Notes under the pieces: model-generated
Told to the model about the DNA's origin: nothing
What the model saw: the letters and a program-made list of their open reading frames with translations, nothing else
Database searches by the model: none
Origin: Thermoflexales bacterium
GTDB taxonomy: Bacteria > Chloroflexota > Anaerolineae > Fen-1058
Assembly: GCA_034434835.1 (NCBI GenBank)
Contig: DAOTXX010000064.1
Span: 3,402 to 67,401, forward strand
Direction of reading: 5' to 3'
Length of the DNA: 64,000 bases
Translations under genes and position numbers: made by a program
Shown here: piece after piece, positions 17,794 to 26,568 of the stretch
Layout of the letters: each line of letters begins with the position of its first letter
Numbering within the stretch: the first letter of the stretch is position 1

Positions 17794-18035
17794 GAGACCG
17801 CTGAAAAAGTCATCTTTCTACCGCAGAGGCCGCTGAGGACGCCGAGTTTTGTTAGGTTTTCTCTGCGCTCTCTGCGCGCTCAGCGGTGAAAGAAGGGGTT
17901 TTTCAGCACTCTCCTAGGAGACCACTGAAAAAGTCATCTTTCTACCGCCGAGGCCGCTGAGGACGCCGAATCTTATTAGGTTTTGTCCGCGCTCTCTGCG
18001 CGCTCTGCGGTGAAGAGGGGACAGCACTCTCCTAG
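17790..18035. repeat. Two tandem copies of a ~123-bp unit flanked by inverted ends CTAGGAGACCNCTGAAAAAG / CAGCACTCTCCTAG
   Basis: Direct comparison 17790-17913 vs 17914-18035, about 90% identical; internal GCCGCTGAGG ... CTCAGCGG pairing. Confidence 0.7.
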
Positions 18036-18130
18036 TCTCGATCTGAGCCGCCGAGGTGAGCCAACGCGGGTGCCGCGTTCTGCGTTGGCTCGTTTTTGTT
18101 CCATGCGCCATGTTCGTTTGAGGGTATAAC

Positions 18131-19510
18131 ATGATGCTTGATTCTGCCTTTGTCCCTCATCGAGCGGATCTGGCTCGCTTGATGTCATTGTTGTCGGACG
18201 GCGAGTGCTGTTCAGTCGTTGCGCTCAGTAACATGGGCAAGTCTACACTGCTGCGCTATGCATGCCTGCCAGAGGAACAGCAACGCTTCCTGGGTGTTCG
18301 CGCGTGCGACATCGCATTTGTCTACGTGGACTGCAACCTGATGCTGGAGCTTTCCGGGCAGGGCTTTTACGAGGTCGTTCTCCGCAGCGCGCTGTCTGAG
18401 GTCAAGCGATTGGGCGCAGCTCCAGAGCTGGTCGAACGCCTGCAAGGGCGGTACAACAAAATCGTCGAGCCGACTTCGCACTTTATGGATTCGTTGAGTT
18501 TCAACGAAGCCATAGTCGTGCTGAGCGAAGAGCTAGATCGCCGCGTCGTGTTTCTATTCGACGAGTTTGACGATCCCTTTGCCCGGCTCGACGGGCGCGT
18601 GTTCTTGAATCTGCGCGCACTGCGTGACAAGTATGGCCCCCGGTTGTGTTTTGTGACGGCCACGGGCATTGACCTGTGCACCCAGCGCCAGGATGCCGAA
18701 GCCGCCGAGTTTTGCGAGTTGTTCACCGAGCGCGTGATCCATGTGGCCGGGCTGGACCCGGACGAAGCTCGCCAGGTGGTGATCAACATCGCCCGGTTGG
18801 AGAGGACCAAGCTCGATCGCGACGAGATCGAGTTTGTGGTCAAGCAGGCCGGTGGGCACCTGGGCCTGTTGCAGGCGGTCACGAACGTGGTGCTGCGCGT
18901 GGCCGCGGGTGTACCGCCCGGCGTGCGCGCGCACAGCCTGATGATGGCCAGGCAGCAACTCGATAGCGAAGGCCCGGTGCGACTCGAATGTGCCAAATTG
19001 TGGGAGCAGTTGACACCCGACGATCGAGATGCGCTGCTGCGCTTCCTGGCGGGTGGCAGCCAGCCGCCACTCGATGAGGCAATGCAGGCGCTCGTCCGCA
19101 AGGGCATCCTGGTTGACGGAGAGTCACCCGCGGTGTTCAGCGAGTTGTTTGCGGGCTATGCTCGCCGCCAGCATCGCGTCCAGCAATCGGTGCGCCCCGG
19201 CATTTACGTGGACGTGGACAGCGGCGATGTGTGGGTAAACGGCGAACGCACACCCGTCCTGACCGATCACGAGTATCGTCTGCTGCTGCTCCTGTATGGC
19301 CGAATGAACAAGATCGTCACACGTGACGACGTAGCCGAAGCCGTCTGGGGCGCAGATTATATGGAAGAGATTGACGATGCTCGCTGCGACAAGCTCCTCA
19401 GCCGCCTGCGCGCCAAGATCGAGCCTGACCCGGCCAACCCCAAATACCTGCACACGGTGCGCGGACGCGGATACAAACTGGTCAACGACGCAAGTTCGGA
19501 GACGCCATAA
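18131..19510 (+). CDS. P-loop ATPase fused to C-terminal OmpR/PhoB-type winged-helix DNA-binding domain
   Basis: Walker A ALSNMGKST; C-terminal ...NGERTPVLTDHEYRLLLLLYGR...TVRGRGYKL typical of trans_reg_C. Confidence 0.6.
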   Translation: MMLDSAFVPHRADLARLMSLLSDGECCSVVALSNMGKSTLLRYACLPEEQQRFLGVRACDIAFVYVDCNLMLELSGQGFYEVVLRSALSEVKRLGAAPELVERLQGRYNKIVEPTSHFMDSLSFNEAIVVLSEELDRRVVFLFDEFDDPFARLDGRVFLNLRALRDKYGPRLCFVTATGIDLCTQRQDAEAAEFCELFTERVIHVAGLDPDEARQVVINIARLERTKLDRDEIEFVVKQAGGHLGLLQAVTNVVLRVAAGVPPGVRAHSLMMARQQLDSEGPVRLECAKLWEQLTPDDRDALLRFLAGGSQPPLDEAMQALVRKGILVDGESPAVFSELFAGYARRQHRVQQSVRPGIYVDVDSGDVWVNGERTPVLTDHEYRLLLLLYGRMNKIVTRDDVAEAVWGADYMEEIDDARCDKLLSRLRAKIEPDPANPKYLHTVRGRGYKLVNDASSETP

Positions 19511-20404
19511 ATGGAGTGGAAGAATCAGCCTCGCCTGGGCACCCAGGTCGGTATTGGCCTGATCGTATGGCTGGTGCTGTTGGACGTATTGTTGGTGTGG
19601 ATCGCCGCACAGCTTCCGGTCTCGATCGTCACGTTTGTGGTGGCGGTGATCGCGCTGGCGACGCTGCCAGTCATACTGCTGATCGTTTACTGGCTGGTTG
19701 GCCTGAACCGGACATCGTATTGGATGGATCGTAACATGCTGATTATCCGTTGGGGGCCAGTGCAGCAAATTATCCCCATGGCGTCTATCCAAAAGCTGTT
19801 GCACGGTTCCGAGATCGCCGGGCAGGTGCGCCGGTTTCGCGGCGGTCGCTGGCCGGGGCTGTGGGTGGGCCAGGCCGAGGCCCAAAGCATCGGGCCGGTT
19901 CTCTTTTACGCTTCGGGCGGGTTGGAGCAACAGGCCATCATCATCACGCCAGGGCTGGCGTATGCCATCTCGCCGCATGATCTGGCCGGGTTTGTCGAAG
20001 CGTTTGATCAGCGCCAAAAGATGGGACCGACGCAGGCCGTCGAGCAGGTGTCCATCCGGCCCGAGATTTTCGATTGGTCGCTGTGGACCGATCGGCTGGC
20101 GCTGGGGTTAGTTGGAGCCGCTGTGGCGAGTTGCCTGCTGCTGTTCGGCTATACCTGTCTGCGCTTTCCTGAACTGGCCCCGCGCGTCGCTTTGCACTTT
20201 GACGCGGCGGGCGTGCCAGATCGCTTTGGCCCGCGCGCCCAGGTGTTTCTCTTGCCGTTCATCGGATTGCTTTCGCTGGGCACAGATCTCGTCCTCAGCG
20301 TGCCGGTGTATCTGCGTGACCGCGTGGGAGCGTACCTGCTGTGGGGTGGAGCAATGATCGTCCAGGTCCTGGCCTGGATTGCAGCGGTGGGCATCGTATC
20401 ATAA
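19511..20404 (+). CDS. Membrane protein (3 N-terminal TM, central soluble domain, 3 C-terminal TM), possibly bacterial PH-like
   Basis: ATG immediately after TAA of 18131-19510; hydropathy. Confidence 0.4.
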   Translation: MEWKNQPRLGTQVGIGLIVWLVLLDVLLVWIAAQLPVSIVTFVVAVIALATLPVILLIVYWLVGLNRTSYWMDRNMLIIRWGPVQQIIPMASIQKLLHGSEIAGQVRRFRGGRWPGLWVGQAEAQSIGPVLFYASGGLEQQAIIITPGLAYAISPHDLAGFVEAFDQRQKMGPTQAVEQVSIRPEIFDWSLWTDRLALGLVGAAVASCLLLFGYTCLRFPELAPRVALHFDAAGVPDRFGPRAQVFLLPFIGLLSLGTDLVLSVPVYLRDRVGAYLLWGGAMIVQVLAWIAAVGIVS

Positions 20405-20414
20405 GTTATGTCAC

Positions 20415-20518
20415 TGGACATTTGGCACAAAATCCGCTATAATATTGCTCGGAAGAAGAACAAGGACTGAGAGTATTGACTCTCAGTTTTTGTGTCCAAG
20501 CGCCTCAGGCGTTTTTTT
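20415..20518 (+). promoter_or_regulatory. greA promoter (TGGACA-17-TATAAT) and leader with two consecutive intrinsic-terminator hairpins
   Basis: Hairpin GACTGAGAGTATTGACTCTCAGTTTTT (20465-20491) and GCGCCTCAGGCGTTTTTTT (20499-20518) upstream of greA RBS. Confidence 0.5.
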
Positions 20519-20562
20519 GTTCAGACCTCCCCGCGCCAAGATCATTGAAGGAAAGCAGAAGC

Positions 20563-21030
20563 ATGGCCGAGCAGCCGATTTACGTCACAAAAGAAGGCTA
20601 CAAGAAACTCGAAGAAGAGTTGGAATACCTGCGCACCGTCAAGCGGGCCGAAGTCGCTCAGCGGTTGCACGATGCGATGGGCGAAGGCGACATTGACGAA
20701 AACGCCGAATACGACGACGCGAAAAATGAGCAGTCGTTTGTCGAAGGCCGCATCCTCACCCTCGAGACGATGATCAAGAACGCGGTCATCATCCAGGAAG
20801 GCAAACGTCGCGATCAGGTGGTGTTGGGCAGCACCGTGACCGTGGTCGAGGATGGCGGCGAGCCAGAGACATATCACATCGTCGGCACAGCGGAAGCCGA
20901 CCCCCGCAAAGGGCGAATCTCGAACGAAAGCCCGCTGGGACGCGCTTTGCTAGGCAAGCGCGTCGGCGATGCGATCACGATCAACGCGCCGGCCGGGACG
21001 CTGACGTTCCAGATCATCGCGATCCAATAG
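20563..21030 (+). CDS. greA: Transcription elongation factor GreA
   Basis: MAEQPIYVTKEGYKKLEEELEYL... coiled-coil with acidic tip and C-terminal FKBP-like domain. Confidence 0.85.
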   Translation: MAEQPIYVTKEGYKKLEEELEYLRTVKRAEVAQRLHDAMGEGDIDENAEYDDAKNEQSFVEGRILTLETMIKNAVIIQEGKRRDQVVLGSTVTVVEDGGEPETYHIVGTAEADPRKGRISNESPLGRALLGKRVGDAITINAPAGTLTFQIIAIQ

Positions 21031-21050
21031 CGTGCTCACGGATCACAGTC

Positions 21051-21086
21051 AGTCCATGCGCGGCAAGATGGCGCATGGACTTTTTT
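21051..21086 (+). terminator. Intrinsic terminator after greA
   Basis: AGTCCATGCGCGGCAAGATGGCGCATGGACT + TTTTTT. Confidence 0.55.
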
Positions 21087-21099
21087 ATGGAGCAGAGCC

Positions 21100-22608
21100 A
21101 TGCAACCCAAGAACGACATCGAACGCGAGCGACAGGCTAAACTGCAGCGGCTGATCGAAGCCGGGATCGATCCGTATCCGGCGCGTGTCAAGCGCACGCA
21201 CACCACCTTCCAGGCGATCGCGGCCTTTGAGGCCGTCGAGCGAGACCCGCGCCAGGTCGAGGTGACCGTTGCCGGACGGTTGCGCAGCTTTCGCGCGATG
21301 GGCAAGTCGTCGTTCGGGCATATCGAAGACGGCGCGGGGCGCCTGCAGCTCTACTGGCGGGTCAATGACGTGGGCCAGGCGTCGTATCAAATGCTGTTGC
21401 GCGATATTGACCTGGGCGATTTCCTCGAAGCGCAAGGCAGCATGTTCCGCACCAAGACGGGTGAGGTCAGTTTACACGTCCGCGAGTGGCGTGTGATCAG
21501 CAAGTCTATCAAACCCTTGCCTCTGGCTAAAGAGCAAATCGTGGATGGCAAGCTGGTGCGCTACAGCGAGTTCACCGACGTCGAGCAGCGTTACCGTGAA
21601 CGCTATGCCGACCTGGCGGTTCATCCCGAAGTGCGCGAGTTGTTCATCACACGCGCTCAAGTCATCGCGGCGTTGCGGCGCTTTCTCGACAGCCACGGCT
21701 TTCTGGAAGTTGAGACACCCATCCTGCAGCCGATTTATGGCGGCGCGGCAGCGCGCCCGTTCATCACGCATCACAATCAGTTGCACCAAGACCTGTACCT
21801 GCGCATCAGCTTCGAGTTGTACCTCAAGCGTTTGCTCGTCGGCGGCTACGAGCGGGTGTACGAGATCGGCCGCGACTTTCGCAACGAGGGTGTGAGTTAC
21901 AAGCACAATCCCGAGTTCACTCAACTCGAATTCTACGCGGCGTACCTGGACTATCACGATGTGATGAATCTGACGGAAGAGATGGTCGCGTTTGTCGCGC
22001 AACAGGTCAAAGGCACAACCACAATCACCTATCAGGGCAACGAGATCGAGCTGGCTCCGCCCTGGCGGCGCATGACGTTACGCGAGGCCATCCGCCAATA
22101 CAGTGAAATTGACTATCTTGAGCATCCCGACGCCACGAGCCTCCGCCAGGCGATCCTGCGCATCGGCGGACATGCCCCGGAGGGCACGACCTGGGGCAAG
22201 CTGGTGGATGGCTTGTTGGGCGATTACGTCGAACCCAAGATCATCCAGCCGACGTTCGTCGCCGACTACCCGCGAGACATTTCGCCGCTGGCCAAGCGCA
22301 AGCCCGATGACCCGACGCACGTCGAGCGCTTTGAGTTTTTCATCGGCGGGTTGGAGATGGGCAATGCGTTCAGTGAGTTGAATGACCCGCTCGATCAGGA
22401 GGCGCGCTTTGCCGAGATGGCCCACCTGTACAAGGCCGATGACGAAGAGGCACACCCGATGGACGAGGATTACTTGAATGCGATGAGCTACGGGATGCCG
22501 CCGTGCGGGGGCTTTGGCACGGGCGTTGACCGTCTGACGATGCTGCTCACGGACCAAGACACCATCCGCGAAGTGGTGCTTTTTCCGCACCTGCGCAGCC
22601 GGGATTAG
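21100..22608 (+). CDS. lysS: Lysine--tRNA ligase (class II)
   Basis: Class II motifs incl. FRNEGVSYKHNPEFTQLEFY, GGLEMGNAFSELNDP, GMPPCGGFGTGVDRL. Confidence 0.9.
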   Translation: MQPKNDIERERQAKLQRLIEAGIDPYPARVKRTHTTFQAIAAFEAVERDPRQVEVTVAGRLRSFRAMGKSSFGHIEDGAGRLQLYWRVNDVGQASYQMLLRDIDLGDFLEAQGSMFRTKTGEVSLHVREWRVISKSIKPLPLAKEQIVDGKLVRYSEFTDVEQRYRERYADLAVHPEVRELFITRAQVIAALRRFLDSHGFLEVETPILQPIYGGAAARPFITHHNQLHQDLYLRISFELYLKRLLVGGYERVYEIGRDFRNEGVSYKHNPEFTQLEFYAAYLDYHDVMNLTEEMVAFVAQQVKGTTTITYQGNEIELAPPWRRMTLREAIRQYSEIDYLEHPDATSLRQAILRIGGHAPEGTTWGKLVDGLLGDYVEPKIIQPTFVADYPRDISPLAKRKPDDPTHVERFEFFIGGLEMGNAFSELNDPLDQEARFAEMAHLYKADDEEAHPMDEDYLNAMSYGMPPCGGFGTGVDRLTMLLTDQDTIREVVLFPHLRSRD

Positions 22609-22638
22609 CGCATCGGATCGGCCAAGACCCAAAACGAC

Positions 22639-22683
22639 CAGAACCCCGTTTTCTCGGAGAAAACGGGGTTCTGGTGTATAATC
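22639..22683 (+). terminator. Stem-loop CAGAACCCCGTTTTCTCGGAGAAAACGGGGTTCTG after lysS (same motif as 1105-1135)
   Basis: Long perfect hairpin; weak U-tract. Confidence 0.45.
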
Positions 22684-22747
22684 GCACCGCTCGCAGTGAC
22701 GACTGGGGTCATTACGTGTCACGAACGACTGAAGCGGTTACCACAGT

Positions 22748-23266
22748 ATGGATGGCCCGGGAGAGGAAATGGTCACGCCACAGTTGTTGATTGCAAGTTA
22801 CCTGGTCCACATTGCCGCTACTGTGGTTTGGATTGGCGGGATCGTGTTCATGGCGTGGGTGGTGACGCCAGCCGCTGAGAACGAGCCGGGCTACTTGCAC
22901 TTGCTCGCGGCTATCCAAAGGCGCTTTACGCCGCTCGCCAACCTCAGCCTGGTCGCCTTGATCGTGACCGGCCTGGTGCAGCTCACGTCAAGCCCAAACT
23001 ATGGCGGCTTTTTGAACTTGTCCAACACCTGGGCCAGGGCGATTTTGCTCAAGCACATTACAATCGGGGGCATGATCCTCACCGCGCTATACATGAACCT
23101 GGTGCTCCAACCGGACCTCAATCGGACGGCGCTGCTGTTGTCTTCGGGTAAAGCCAAGATGGAAGAGGCAGTGGCGCTCGCTCGTCGCCGATCGCGGTTG
23201 TCGCAGATCAACCTGGGGCTGTCCATCATCGTGCTGCTGTTCACGGCAGTGGCGCGGGTGCAATGA
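22748..23266 (+). CDS. Membrane protein (4 TM), possibly CopD-like
   Basis: Hydropathy only. Confidence 0.35.
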   Translation: MDGPGEEMVTPQLLIASYLVHIAATVVWIGGIVFMAWVVTPAAENEPGYLHLLAAIQRRFTPLANLSLVALIVTGLVQLTSSPNYGGFLNLSNTWARAILLKHITIGGMILTALYMNLVLQPDLNRTALLLSSGKAKMEEAVALARRRSRLSQINLGLSIIVLLFTAVARVQ

Positions 23267-24378
23267 TTTCCCACACCATGATCACGGTGGATGGCTCGTA
23301 TGGCGAAGGGGGTGGGCAAGTGCTCCGCACCTGCCTGGCGCTCTCGGCGATCACCGGGAAACCGGTGCACCTTGACAACATCCGTGCCGGGCGGCCCAAG
23401 CCGGGCTTGCAGGCGCAGCATCTGACTTCGGTGCGAGCAGCAGCGGCAATTTGTGGCGCGCAGTTGGAAGGCGATCAGCTCAACTCACAGTCGCTTGTGT
23501 TCCGACCGATGCATCCGCCGCAAGCGGGCGAGTACGTCTTTGACGTGACCAAGGCGCGCGAAAGCGGGAGTGCTGGTGCGACGACGCTGATCCTGCAGAC
23601 GGTGTTGTTGCCGTTGGCGCTTGCGCCCGATGGCGCCGAATCCCGCCTGACGCTGCGGGGCGGGACGCACGCGCCGTTCAGCCCGCCATTCCCGTACATC
23701 AAGCACGTCTTTTTGCCGACGGTGTGGAAGATGGGACTGCGCGCGGAAGTCGAGTTGAATCGCTATGGCTGGTATCCCGCAGGCGGCGGCGAGATCGTCG
23801 TCAAGATTCGTGCGGCCAGCCGGCTGGCGCGCATCACGCTGACCGAACGGGGTCAGTTGCGCCAGGCGTGGGGCATTGCGGCGGTATCGAATCTGCCGTC
23901 GCACATTGCTCAGCGTATGGCGAACCGCGCGATCAATGTGCTGAAGGGCAAAGGCATCCCAGCGCGCATCGAAGCGGCCCGCGTTGAAGCGACCGGGCCC
24001 GGCGCGGGCATCTTTTTATTCACCGAGTACGATCACAGCCTGGCCGGCTTTACCGCCTATGGACGCAAGGGCGTGCCGTCCGAACAGGTTGCGGGCATGG
24101 CCTGTGAAGACCTGGTGGCACACTATCACAGCGAGGCGGCCATTGACCCGCACCTGGCCGATCAACTGGTGTTACCGGCTGCACTCGCAGAAGGCGAGTC
24201 GCGCTGGACGACCTGTCGGATCACACAGCATTTGTTGACCAACGTCTGGGTGATCCAACACTTTCTGGATGTTCCGATTCGTGTGGCGGGCCGTGAAGGC
24301 GAACCTGGCGAAGTGGTGATCGGCGCCCAGTTTGAACATCCACCACTGATCAACCCATCACTGATCACTGAGCACTAA
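23263..24378 (+). CDS. rtcA: RNA 3'-terminal phosphate cyclase
   Basis: MITVDGSYGEGGGQVLRTCLALS..., HLTSVRAAAA... match RtcA throughout. Confidence 0.85.
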   Translation: MISHTMITVDGSYGEGGGQVLRTCLALSAITGKPVHLDNIRAGRPKPGLQAQHLTSVRAAAAICGAQLEGDQLNSQSLVFRPMHPPQAGEYVFDVTKARESGSAGATTLILQTVLLPLALAPDGAESRLTLRGGTHAPFSPPFPYIKHVFLPTVWKMGLRAEVELNRYGWYPAGGGEIVVKIRAASRLARITLTERGQLRQAWGIAAVSNLPSHIAQRMANRAINVLKGKGIPARIEAARVEATGPGAGIFLFTEYDHSLAGFTAYGRKGVPSEQVAGMACEDLVAHYHSEAAIDPHLADQLVLPAALAEGESRWTTCRITQHLLTNVWVIQHFLDVPIRVAGREGEPGEVVIGAQFEHPPLINPSLITEH

Positions 24379-24385
24379 TCACTAT

Positions 24386-25390
24386 ATGTTTGAGATCGTG
24401 TTTCTAGGCACCTCGGCTTCTGCGCCTTCGGTGCGACGGGGACTGTCCTCCCAAGTTGTCCTGTATCGCCAGTACCGCTTTATGATTGACTGCGGGGAAG
24501 GCACACAGCGCCAATTGCTCAGGAGTGGGCTGGGCTTTAAGCGGCTGGATAAAATCCTGCTCACGCACGGCCATCTCGATCACATCTTGGGGCTTGCAGG
24601 ATTGCTCAGCACGTTCATGCGCTGGGAGACCATCGAGAAGATGGAGATCTATGGTGGCCGGGCGACGCTGGAACGTGTGCAGGACCTGTTATTCAAGGTA
24701 GTGCTGCGCGGGGCCAAGCCGCCGATGGTCCTAAAGTTCAACGAGATCCACGTGGGCTGTGTGCTCCAGGATCGGCACTTTGAGCTGACCGCGTTTCCGG
24801 TCACACATCGCGGCGCAACGGGTTGTTTTGGTTTCGTGTTTCGGGAAAAATCACACCGTCCCTTTCTCGATGATCGCGCAGAAGCGTTAGGCGTGCCGCG
24901 CGGGCCGGAGCGCAGACAGTTGGTCGCCGGGCAAAGCATCACGCTGGCGGATGGACGGGTCATTCACCCCGACGATGTGCTCGGCCCGGTCGAACCAGGC
25001 GCGAGCCTGGCGGTCGTCGGCGACGCAGGCCGCGTTGACGATCTGGTGGAGGCCGTGCACGGGGTGGATGCGCTCGTGATTGAAGCGACCTATCTGCAAG
25101 AAGAAGCTGAAATGGCCGTGCACTATGGTCACCTCACCGCCACACAGGCCGCGACGCTGGCGCAGCAGGCGAACGTGAAGCAGTTGATCTTGACGCACGT
25201 CAGCCGCCGTTATCATGAAAAGGACATCCTGGCCGAAGCGCAAGCCATCTTTCCGGCGACGGTGGTCGCGCGCGATTTTGACCGCTATCGGGTGTTGCGA
25301 GACCGAGCGATGCTCGTTGAGCCTGACGAGACCGTCGCATCCATACCAGACGAGTCAGACTTGGAGGAGGAATCCGATGTCAATTCGTAA
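24386..25390 (+). CDS. rnz: Ribonuclease Z (metallo-beta-lactamase tRNA 3' endonuclease) with acidic C-terminal tail
   Basis: FLGTSASAPS, IDCGEGTQRQL, LTHGHLDHILGL motifs. Confidence 0.85.
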   Translation: MFEIVFLGTSASAPSVRRGLSSQVVLYRQYRFMIDCGEGTQRQLLRSGLGFKRLDKILLTHGHLDHILGLAGLLSTFMRWETIEKMEIYGGRATLERVQDLLFKVVLRGAKPPMVLKFNEIHVGCVLQDRHFELTAFPVTHRGATGCFGFVFREKSHRPFLDDRAEALGVPRGPERRQLVAGQSITLADGRVIHPDDVLGPVEPGASLAVVGDAGRVDDLVEAVHGVDALVIEATYLQEEAEMAVHYGHLTATQAATLAQQANVKQLILTHVSRRYHEKDILAEAQAIFPATVVARDFDRYRVLRDRAMLVEPDETVASIPDESDLEEESDVNS

Positions 25391-25670
25391 AGCGAGTGTT
25401 TTGGAGTTGGCGACTGCTGCGTATGAATTGGACGCAACCGTCCTACGCGGTCGGCTCACGAAAACGCCGGAGGGAAGCTGGACCATCGGCGGCGTGGAGG
25501 TGCTGGCCCGGCTGGCTCAGTTCGAGGGGCAAGAGCTGGTGGTCATCGTGGCTTCGCTGGACGACACCCGCGCCGTCGAGACACGCATTTGTCCGCGCTG
25601 CGGACGCGAGTACGCCGGGGCCTTTTGTCCCAACTGCCGCGAAGCGCGCCTGCGACTGCGCGGACGGTAA
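25377..25670 (+). CDS. Small hypothetical protein with C-terminal C4 zinc ribbon (CPRCG...CPNC)
   Basis: ATG overlapping rnz 3' end; ORF in track extended upstream. Confidence 0.4.
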   Translation: MSIRKASVLELATAAYELDATVLRGRLTKTPEGSWTIGGVEVLARLAQFEGQELVVIVASLDDTRAVETRICPRCGREYAGAFCPNCREARLRLRGR

Positions 25671-25690
25671 CACAACGGATCGGGAAGCAG

Positions 25691-25745
25691 ACGGGGGCCG
25701 CACGTCGCGTGCAGCCCCCGTCGCATTTTCGTTTGACGTTTCACG
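25691..25745 (+). terminator. Intrinsic terminator (GACGGGGGCCGCACGTCGCGTGCAGCCCCCGTC + U-rich)
   Basis: 13-bp GC stem followed by GCATTTTCGTTT. Confidence 0.5.
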
Positions 25746-25754
25746 TCCAACGTT

Positions 25755-26555
25755 TTAGGACGGACGCCTGGCCCCTTGGGCACTAAAGATAGCGAAGACG
25801 ACAATCAAGATCACCAGCACGAGAAGGACGATCAGAGTGGTTAGCGTGCCACTCAAGGCCGGCGTTGGCGTCGGCGTCGGCTCGATGAAAGTAGGCGCAG
25901 TGGTCTTTTGCATCGCCACGACAAACGCCGTCACGTCGTCAATCTGTTGATCGGTGAGCGGTCCGCCGTTGGCCTTGGCCCAGGCAGGCATCGTCGAGCC
26001 TCTCACGCCCTCGCTCACGGTTTGCTTGATGAGTGCCGCCGGAAAAGCACTGGCAAGCGGCCTGGCGAGATTCGCTCCCACGCGACCTTCGCCTCTAGCC
26101 CCATGGCACACCACGCAGTTTTGCTGAAACAATTGCGCGCCGCGCGTCGGATCGCCGGTGACGCCCGAGACAGTCGGCAGCGGAGTCACCGGACGAGGCG
26201 GCTCAGTTGGCGCGGGCGTGATGTCGCCGGTGGTCCATGTGGCGATGAACGCTGCGATGGCATCAATCTCGGCGTCGCTCAACGGCCCGCCGCGAGCACG
26301 GCTCCAGGCTGGCATCTTGCTGCCGGGCACCCCGTTAGCGACGGTCGCTTTGACAAACGCTTTGGGATTGATGCTCGGAAAATCCTGCAGCCGCGCGCCA
26401 ACGCGCCCCTCGCCCTGGGCACCGTGGCACACGGCGCAATTCTCGGCATACAGCTTGGCACCCTGTTGGATCGGATCGCCTTGCGCAACTGCGATGGCGA
26501 CGAGCGTCAGCGTCCCCACCACAGCTATCACACCCGCCCACCCTCTGAGTTTCAT
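25755..26555 (-). CDS. Membrane-anchored dihaem cytochrome c
   Basis: Two CxxCH (CAVCHG, CVVCHG), N-terminal signal, C-terminal TM; start trimmed to MKLRGWAG. Confidence 0.7.
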   Translation of the reverse strand: MKLRGWAGVIAVVGTLTLVAIAVAQGDPIQQGAKLYAENCAVCHGAQGEGRVGARLQDFPSINPKAFVKATVANGVPGSKMPAWSRARGGPLSDAEIDAIAAFIATWTTGDITPAPTEPPRPVTPLPTVSGVTGDPTRGAQLFQQNCVVCHGARGEGRVGANLARPLASAFPAALIKQTVSEGVRGSTMPAWAKANGGPLTDQQIDDVTAFVVAMQKTTAPTFIEPTPTPTPALSGTLTTLIVLLVLVILIVVFAIFSAQGARRPS

Positions 26556-26568
26556 AACTCCTCTCCCG

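Noticed and set aside
17790-18035. Possible CRISPR array
   Set aside because: Only two 123-bp units with no short repeat/spacer alternation; no cas genes.
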